Positions 47,039-54,080 of a stretch of DNA of 54,080 bases are shown piece by piece. The notes beneath the pieces were generated by a model that was not told the origin of the DNA, did no database searches, and saw only the letters and a list, made by a program, of their open reading frames with translations. How positions within the stretch are numbered: position 1 is the stretch's first letter; the number at the start of each line of letters is the position of its first letter. A program made the position numbers and the translations under genes. Source of the stretch: an uncultured Bacilli bacterium. GTDB lineage: Bacteria; Bacillota_I; Bacilli_A; RF39; UBA660. Location: the NCBI GenBank assembly GCA_947626445.1, contig CANQSC010000001.1, positions 1 to 54,080 of the forward strand, read 5' to 3'.

Positions 47039-47821
47039 CTATAAAATATGCTTTCTTACTTTTTGTAATACTTTTTCATGGGATATGCCATTTGTAATAA
47101 TTGCCCCTTTTATATCACTATCATATCGCTGTTCTTCACCATATATATTAGTCACCTTACCACCTGCTTCAGTAACAATAAGATAAGATGCTGCTAAATC
47201 ACAATTACCATGACTAGTTCCAGGAAATATATCACATGAAAAATCTCCCGTTGCAATAGCCATACAACTTCTTGCTACACTTCCAATAGATGAAATCTTT
47301 GAAGAAGATTTTAATTCTTTTAGCAAAGAAACTTCATCAATTATATTATTATTAAATATTTCAATATTAGTTCGATATCCTAAATCACCTAAGTCTTTAT
47401 CATTTACGTGAATTTTAACATTATTACAATAAGCACCTTCCCCTTTTATAGCTGAGTACATTTTATCTTCATTAGCATTATATATTACACCAACAATAGG
47501 CTCACCATTATGAACTAAAGCTAGCGAAAAGACAAAGACAGGAATATGATTAACATACATACCGGTTCCATCTAAGGGATCACATACCCATACATATTCG
47601 GAATCTTTTTTTAAACTTTCTTCTTCACCAATAACTGAATGATTCTGATATTTTTCCTTTACTTTTTCAATTAGATAACTATTTATTTTTTTATCTACAA
47701 GGGTTACAACAGTTTTATCTTCTTTATAGTCTAAATTAATATTATCATTATAAAATTCCAACATTATTTTTCCAGCATATAAAGCTATTTCTTTAGCAAA
47801 TTCTAAATAATCATTAAGCAT
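47039..47821 (-). CDS. Inositol monophosphatase family protein
   Basis: ORF track 47039..47854 trimmed to ATG 47821 (AGGAG SD). Motifs SVIGEE, WVCDPLDGT, CDLAASYLIVTEAGG. Confidence 0.8.
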   Translation of the reverse strand: MLNDYLEFAKEIALYAGKIMLEFYNDNINLDYKEDKTVVTLVDKKINSYLIEKVKEKYQNHSVIGEEESLKKDSEYVWVCDPLDGTGMYVNHIPVFVFSLALVHNGEPIVGVIYNANEDKMYSAIKGEGAYCNNVKIHVNDKDLGDLGYRTNIEIFNNNIIDEVSLLKELKSSSKISSIGSVARSCMAIATGDFSCDIFPGTSHGNCDLAASYLIVTEAGGKVTNIYGEEQRYDSDIKGAIITNGISHEKVLQKVRKHIL

Positions 47822-47831
47822 AATACTACTC

Positions 47832-48254
47832 CTATAAATTAATATATTCTTCATCTATTACTGGTTCTAACCAGACATTTTCAGTTTCTTCACCAGGAAT
47901 TTCAATTGCTATATGGCTAAACCAAGAATCAGGTCTTGCTCCATGCCAATGTTTGACATTTGCTGGTATTACAACAATATCTCCAGGAGATAGTTTTTGC
48001 ACTTCTTTGCCTTCTTCCTCGTAGTATCCATATCCTGCAGTACATATTAAAACTTGTCCTCCACCAGATTTAGCTTTATGGATATGCCAATTATTACGGC
48101 ACCCTGGTTCAAAAGTTACATTCATAAAACCTATTCCATTATCTGTTTTAGCTAGCATATTAATATAACTTTGCCCGCTAAAATACTTAGCAAAAGCATC
48201 ATTTGGATTTCCTAATCCAAACACATTTAATTTTTCAAATTCTTGCCTTTTCAT
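47832..48254 (-). CDS. Cupin domain protein
   Basis: NNWHIH..GGQVLICT..G..PGDIVVIPANVKHWHG two-motif cupin pattern. Confidence 0.7.
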   Translation of the reverse strand: MKRQEFEKLNVFGLGNPNDAFAKYFSGQSYINMLAKTDNGIGFMNVTFEPGCRNNWHIHKAKSGGGQVLICTAGYGYYEEEGKEVQKLSPGDIVVIPANVKHWHGARPDSWFSHIAIEIPGEETENVWLEPVIDEEYINL

Positions 48255-48338
48255 AAATACTTCCTCCTTTAATTTAAGGCAGTTATTCGGTCTTTCCGAA
48301 CAACTTAAATCATTTTATTACATTTTTCTAATTCTATA

Positions 48339-51300
48339 TTATTCGCTTCTAAGAGCTTCAACAGGATCTTTTTTAGATGCTGCTCTAGCTGGTATTAAAC
48401 CACCAATCAAAGTTAATAAAATTGATAATCCAACTAATATTAAAGCATTGTCGAATGGTAACGCTGCTGCTAGAGGGATATTGCCTGTAAAGTGATGTAA
48501 TACACTATTGATTATTGGTATTAATGAATAAGAAATTCCTATTCCAAATAAACCTGATAATAAACCAATAATAAATGTTTCTGCATTAAATATTGAAGAA
48601 ATATTACCTTTAGAAGCACCAATTGCTCTTAAAATACCAATTTCTTTAGTTCGTTCATAAACAGATATATATGTTATAACCCCAATCATGATACTTGATA
48701 CTACAAGAGAAATAGATACAAATGCTATTAATACATAACTTACAGCATTAACAATCGTTTTAACTGATGACATTAAAATTCCCGTGGTATCTGAATAATT
48801 AATTTCTTTTTCTTTATCAACTTTCTTATTATAATCATCTATAAATGATAGAAAATGATCTTTACCTTCAAAGCTATTAAAATATATGGAAATATATGTT
48901 GGTTCTTCCTTATCTTGATAGCCTAAAGAAATTAAATTAGTTTTTTGAGTAGATTCAGTGGGATTCATCATAGCACTTACTACTCTAGCAAGTTCATCTT
49001 CACTAAAATTAAGAGTAAAAGCAGAAGTTATTTGATCTTGGTCAACATTAAATGATGAAGCAAAACTACTCGTTATATTACTAGTTAATTCTCCTACTTT
49101 AGTTAAAACTTCTTTTTTAACTTTGGCTTCAGTCATAGCTCTTGCCATAGTTTCATTCGTACCTATTACGGCAGTATTACTTAGATATTCAGAAACGACT
49201 TTATCTTTTAATTCTTTGATCATAGCCTCTAATTGAGCTTCACTATTTAATAATGAATCTAAATTTTCTTTATCAAAAGGAGCTCCAGGAGTTGTTACTT
49301 CACCATTTGGTTTTGAATCTTCATTAGAAGGCACTACAGGTTTAGTCATTTGGCTATAAAGTGGTATATACATTTTTAATAAACCATTTAATAAACTACT
49401 ATAAGTTGCTTTTAAAGTATCTTTAGGAATAACATAATCTTTCTCCATATTTGCTAAAGCATTTAAAACATTAGAAGTTCCTAAATAATCTGCTACCAAC
49501 TTATCAATATTATCTACGGTTGTATCTTTATCTACTTTATTAAGTATTTCAGTTGCAAACGTTTTTAAATTATCACTAAATAAATTCTTAGCTGGAGTCG
49601 TATCAGTCGTTATAGAATTATTTATTTCTTCCATATAATTTTTAGTTTGTTGTTCAAGAGCTTGCTGATCAATATTAATATTAAATGCACTTTGTAATTT
49701 TTCATTATCAACTTTAACTAAATCAGCAAATTCAAAATCAAAATCATTTTCTTTACTATCAAATCTATTTCCTGAAAAAACATCAATTTCATTATTATTT
49801 AACTGTCTTTTTACAACATCAGTTTCACTGGCATGATTAATAATATAATCAGTTAAATCAGAAGTATAAGCAACACCAGGACTTAAAGACATCGAAGATA
49901 CTCCTTCTTTTGGACTTACTATACCTACTATTTTTAATTTGGTAGCATTATCATATAAATTTTTCATATAATTTTCATCAGCTGTCATATCTTCATATAC
50001 ATCATACTTAGAATTATATTTATATGTTTCGGATGCCATTATTAATCTTAAGTCGACATTCATTAAATCTTCATAAGTAAAAGTTAAAGGTTCATTATTA
50101 ATATCAACTGTTTCACCACTCATTATGGCTGTAACCATTTTAGTAAGTTCTTCGGTATCTCTTAAACCTAAGGTATAAACTAGCAAATCAGAAATAGCAT
50201 TAGGTTCTGATAAAACAATCATCATTTCATCATATTTTTCGGGCCATCTTCCTGCCAAGACATCATAATCATTTACAATCTCATCACGATTATCAACCAT
50301 TTGAGAATAAATAGAAGTCATAGAAGAATAAGAACTCATTATACTACTGCTTCCCATTATTGAACTAAATAAATTACTTGGATTAAGTTTCGCTAATTTA
50401 TTCGTGGCATCAATAGTATAAATATTTGGACTAACACTATAAGAATATTGAATATTTGAGACATCTCCTTCAATCTCACTAGCATTTTTTTCTAAATATT
50501 GTTTAAAACTTTTTAAATCATTAGTACTAACACTTGAAAGCATTGAAGTAATAGTTTGTTGTTCTTTTACTTCGTTAGAATTACCTTTATCATTACCAGC
50601 ACTTCTAAGTGATAATAAAGCACTGGTTATATCAGCTGATTCTTGTTGAATTGTTAAAGGGTATGATGTTAAAGTATCTTCTTGAATTGAATCTACATAG
50701 TTTTGAAAACCAGTTGAAACAGCAAGAATTAATGCAATACCGATGATGCCAATTGAACCAGCGACAGACACCAAAATGGTTCTGGCTTTTTTAGTCATTA
50801 AATTATTAAAAGATAAAGACAAAGCCGTTAAAAATGACATTTTAGTTTTTTTAGATTTATTACTAGCAACACTGTCTTGCTCTTTAGTATTTATTTTTCC
50901 ATCATATGGATCGGAATCCGAAACAATTTTTCCATCTTTAATATTAATTATTCGACTTGAATATTTTTCGGCAAGTTCAGGATTATGAGTAACCATTATA
51001 ACTAATTTATCTTTAGATATTTTCTTTAATAAATCCATTATTTGAACAGATGTATCGGAATCTAAGGCTCCCGTTGGTTCATCAGCTAAAATTATTTCAG
51101 GGTCATTAATCAATGCTCTAGCAATGGCGACTCTTTGCATTTGTCCACCTGATAATTGATTAGGTCTTTTATTAATATGTTGCTCTAATCCAACTTCTTT
51201 TAAAGCCTTTTTGGCTTTTTCTTTTCGCTCTTTTTTAGATATTCCTGATAAAGTTAAAGCAAGTTCAACATTTTTTAAAACGGTTTGATGACTAATTAAA

Positions 51301-51578
51301 TTATAACTTTGAAAAATAAAACCTACCCGATGATTACGATAAGAATCCCAATCTCGATCTTTAAATTTTTTAGTACTTATCTCATTTACAATTATATCTC
51401 CCGAAGTATATTCATCTAATCCCCCAATAATATTTAAAAAAGTTGTTTTACCAGAACCAGATGGACCTAATATTGACGCAAATTCATGACGTCTAAAATT
51501 TACACTAACATTATCTAGTGCTTTTTGCGAAAATCCTTCTGTTTTATATATTTTACTAATTTTCTTTATTTCAATCAT
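48339..51578 (-). CDS. Fused ABC transporter ATP-binding/permease protein (MacB/FtsX-type) with very long extracytoplasmic domain
   Basis: GPSGSGKTT, LSGGQMQR, ILADEPTGALD at the N-terminus. One TM, a roughly 650-aa domain, and C-terminal FtsX-like TM helices. ATG 51578 with AAGGTGA SD. Confidence 0.85.
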   Translation of the reverse strand: MIEIKKISKIYKTEGFSQKALDNVSVNFRRHEFASILGPSGSGKTTFLNIIGGLDEYTSGDIIVNEISTKKFKDRDWDSYRNHRVGFIFQSYNLISHQTVLKNVELALTLSGISKKERKEKAKKALKEVGLEQHINKRPNQLSGGQMQRVAIARALINDPEIILADEPTGALDSDTSVQIMDLLKKISKDKLVIMVTHNPELAEKYSSRIINIKDGKIVSDSDPYDGKINTKEQDSVASNKSKKTKMSFLTALSLSFNNLMTKKARTILVSVAGSIGIIGIALILAVSTGFQNYVDSIQEDTLTSYPLTIQQESADITSALLSLRSAGNDKGNSNEVKEQQTITSMLSSVSTNDLKSFKQYLEKNASEIEGDVSNIQYSYSVSPNIYTIDATNKLAKLNPSNLFSSIMGSSSIMSSYSSMTSIYSQMVDNRDEIVNDYDVLAGRWPEKYDEMMIVLSEPNAISDLLVYTLGLRDTEELTKMVTAIMSGETVDINNEPLTFTYEDLMNVDLRLIMASETYKYNSKYDVYEDMTADENYMKNLYDNATKLKIVGIVSPKEGVSSMSLSPGVAYTSDLTDYIINHASETDVVKRQLNNNEIDVFSGNRFDSKENDFDFEFADLVKVDNEKLQSAFNINIDQQALEQQTKNYMEEINNSITTDTTPAKNLFSDNLKTFATEILNKVDKDTTVDNIDKLVADYLGTSNVLNALANMEKDYVIPKDTLKATYSSLLNGLLKMYIPLYSQMTKPVVPSNEDSKPNGEVTTPGAPFDKENLDSLLNSEAQLEAMIKELKDKVVSEYLSNTAVIGTNETMARAMTEAKVKKEVLTKVGELTSNITSSFASSFNVDQDQITSAFTLNFSEDELARVVSAMMNPTESTQKTNLISLGYQDKEEPTYISIYFNSFEGKDHFLSFIDDYNKKVDKEKEINYSDTTGILMSSVKTIVNAVSYVLIAFVSISLVVSSIMIGVITYISVYERTKEIGILRAIGASKGNISSIFNAETFIIGLLSGLFGIGISYSLIPIINSVLHHFTGNIPLAAALPFDNALILVGLSILLTLIGGLIPARAASKKDPVEALRSE

Positions 51579-51757
51579 TACTATCACCTTGATTCCTTAA
51601 TCAGAAACTATTTTTAATTTCTTTTGAATAGCATATATTACAATTTTATTATTAAATTATTAAAAAGTGAATATCTTTTTGTAATATTTTTTTTAATTTG
51701 TGATATTTTCATAATTCTTTCACAATTTAATATTTCTTTTTAAGAATCAAATTTAAT

Positions 51758-53142
51758 TTACTTCTCTATTTTTTTAAATTCTACCTTTAATAAAATAATA
51801 CCTAAAATAAAGGATAGAACATCAGCTATAATCGCACTCCATAACATAGTTACAACACTTTGACTTTTTAAAACAATTATTATTATAGCTGGTACAAAAA
51901 AGATAACATCCCTAGATAAAGCAAGTAAGGTTGAGTTAAAACTAGAACCCATTGCTTGTAAGATAATTGATAAAGATTTAATTAGGCAAGTTAAACTAAT
52001 TCCTCCTAAGAAAATTCTTAAACAATATTTAGCATATTCTAAATATTCAAAAGAGTTACCACTACCAAAAATATTAATAATTAATGTTGGAAAAATTTCA
52101 AATAGGATAAAAGCTATAGAACCAATTATAAAATTAATTATTAAGATATATTTAATTGTTTCTTTGACTCTTTTTATATTACCAGCACCCATATTGAAAC
52201 CAATAATTGGCATGCCACCTAAAGATACTCCAATAACAATTGATATGACAATACCAAAGACTTTCATACAAATACCAATAACGGCAAGAGGTGTTACAAC
52301 ACCATAAGGAATACCGGAACTAGCTAAAGTCATATAACCATATTTACCAACTAAATTGTTAGCAACAGCAATAATAATTACAATGGCAAGCTGAGTTATT
52401 AAAGAAGCTAGTCCTAAAGATACTGCTTGTTTACAAACCTTTTTATCAAGTTTAATAGTATCTTTATTTATTTTAAAAGATTTAGCTTTTCTTAAATAGA
52501 AAACGCTTATTACAAAAGTTATTATTTGACCAATAATGGTAGCAAGTGCCGCTCCTTTAACACCCATGTTAAAGTAAAAAATAAATAGAGGGTCCAAAAT
52601 AATATTAGTTATAGCTCCTGAAACTGTAGCAATCATGGCATATTTGGGACTACCATCACTTCTTATGGAAGCATTTAGGCCTTGACCAATCATATAAAAA
52701 GGAAGACCATAACATATAATTTGCAAATAATCTTTAGCATATCCATAACATTCTACTTCACGAGGATTAGCTCCAAAAATAGTTAATATTTCTTTATTAA
52801 AAATGATACCAATAATAGTTAGAATAACTGATATAATTAATAATAAAAGTAAACCATTACCAATTGACTTACTAGCTTTTTCATTATCTTTGGCTCCTAA
52901 AGATAAGTTAAATAAAGCAGATGAACCATCACCTATTAAAAGGGCAAAGGCTAGAGCAATAACTGTAAAAGGATAAACAATATTAGTTGCTGCATTACCA
53001 AAAGCCCCAGCTTCACTCCAGCCAATAAATATTTGATCAACAATATTATAAAGAGCTGCTACAATCATACTAATAACACAAGGTATTGCAAAAGTTTTAA
53101 TTAGTTTGGAAATTTTTCTTTTCCTAAATCAAGTTTTTTCAT
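51758..53142 (-). pseudogene. MATE family efflux transporter, reading frame broken near the 5' end
   Basis: ORF track 51758..53068 lacks the usual N-terminus. ATG 53142 (AAGGAG SD) opens MKKLDLGKEK and stops at 53101. One extra A in the A5 run (53113-53117) would give MKKLDLGKEKISKLIKTFAIPCVISMIVAALYNIVDQIFIG. Confidence 0.7.
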
Positions 53143-53176
53143 AAAATATTTCTCCTTTAATTTAAGCATAAAAATA

Positions 53177-53205
53177 CGTAAGTCCTTATTTCAATTGGAC
53201 TTACG
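53177..53205 (-). terminator. Hairpin CGTAAGTCC/GGACTTACG + T-rich tail between the lipoprotein and MATE genes
   Basis: 9-bp stem; on the minus strand it is followed by TATTTTTAT. Lies about 30 nt upstream of the MATE SD. Confidence 0.55.
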
Positions 53206-53295
53206 CATTAGCTACTCATTGATAAATTGACTTAAAATATTTTATGCGAACAAACAAATTATAACACCAAAATATTTTTTTCGTAAGAAATTTTT

Positions 53296-53766
53296 TTATT
53301 TTATTTCACAAACCGCGCCATCTTCTTCAGCTAACTTTTTATTTTCTTCAATGGTACTATTATCTTCTTTTAAGTCTTCAAAACCTTGTTCTTTTAATAC
53401 TTCTTCACTAGCATTTAAAACATCAATGTCTAGTACAGTCTTGTATTCATAATTCTCGTCATCATATGAAACTGTTAAACTAACACCATCTTTATTAAAT
53501 TCTTCGTTATCTTCATCCATAGATTCTTTAAAGTATTTCCAATAATCTTTGGCATCAGCATCAGTTATTTTAGTATTTACTTCCATTGTCATATGATTTA
53601 ACTTATCATTTTTATAAGTCATAGAAATTACTTGTTCAGTACTCATACTATCATCATTTTCTGTACTCGTACATACTAATTTTTGCTCATGCTCTGAAAC
53701 CTCATCACAACCTGTAAATAACACCATAACCATTAAACTTAAAAATAACATACAAATTTTTTTCAC
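53296..53766 (-). CDS. Lipoprotein (DUF1307/YehR-like by size and composition)
   Basis: Lipobox LFTGC after the MKKICMLFLSLMVMV signal. GTG start with AGGAGG SD. Acidic mature domain. Confidence 0.7.
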   Translation of the reverse strand: MKKICMLFLSLMVMVLFTGCDEVSEHEQKLVCTSTENDDSMSTEQVISMTYKNDKLNHMTMEVNTKITDADAKDYWKYFKESMDEDNEEFNKDGVSLTVSYDDENYEYKTVLDIDVLNASEEVLKEQGFEDLKEDNSTIEENKKLAEEDGAVCEIK

Positions 53767-53806
53767 TTCTTTTTCCTCCTCGTATAATTTAATATTAAAC
53801 TAAAAA

Positions 53807-54049
53807 CTATCTTAATTCAACATATTTTTCATTATTTATTATTTCAATTTTTATTTTTCCTCTTTTTTCTAATCTTTCTATTAAAAAGATATATACCCAA
53901 TCAGAATATACTACATTAGGAATTATAGGTTTAATCATCAAATTAGTTACAAATTTATTTAAAGATATTTTTCCCGTACTTTCTAATATTTCAATAATCT
54001 TATTACTAAAATAATCATAATTACAAGATACTACTTTCCCATTTATCAT
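53807..54049 (-). CDS. Hypothetical small protein (80 aa)
   Basis: ORF track only; near the window edge. Confidence 0.4.
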   Translation of the reverse strand: MINGKVVSCNYDYFSNKIIEILESTGKISLNKFVTNLMIKPIIPNVVYSDWVYIFLIERLEKRGKIKIEIINNEKYVELR

Positions 54050-54080
54050 ATATCTTAATTCTTCATTATCATTAACAATT

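Noticed and set aside
53143-53295. Riboswitch (e.g. guanidine/ykkC) upstream of the MATE gene
   Set aside because: Only an extended -10-like element and a terminator hairpin are seen, and no conserved ykkC-type motifs. The hairpin is adequately explained as the lipoprotein gene terminator.

Overview
This is a strongly AT-rich bacterial chromosome segment that uses the standard genetic code (TGA acts as a stop). Gene content looks like a low-GC Gram-positive (Bacillota-type) organism; the taxon cannot be verified here. (i) 108-11274 looks accessory and poorly characterised. It holds an HD / RelA-SpoT-type HD / P-loop-kinase fusion gene with a 267-aa partner, a membrane-protein pair, an HExxH protein pair, and an SF2 helicase with seven in-frame 225-bp helicase-associated-domain repeats. 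(ii) 11280-33813 is mostly core genes: DUF421, Sir2 deacetylase, pyruvate:ferredoxin oxidoreductase, ung, rlmH, yycJ-like MBL hydrolase, LysM-M23 peptidase, dnaB, rplI, cysS and a 1.8-kaa repetitive surface protein. It is interrupted by a 1.1-kb non-coding gap with three tandem type I toxin-antitoxin-like modules, a G10 tract in the promoter spacer of a secreted-protein gene, and IS remnants. (iii) 34373-43527 is a 9155-bp serine-recombinase mobile element inserted into an ABC substrate-binding-protein gene. It carries a macro-domain operon, a PD-(D/E)xK protein, an XRE regulator, a second small resolvase and an HUH-like protein. (iv) 43528-54080 holds ABC transporter genes, an AAA ATPase, IMPase, a cupin, a MacB-like fused ABC exporter, a frameshifted MATE gene and a lipoprotein. 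All functional calls rest on motif recognition by eye; no database or HMM search was possible. No single finding is clearly a novel system; the best-supported candidates are the type I TA-like array, the macro-domain operon on the mobile element, and the HD-HD-kinase gene pair.
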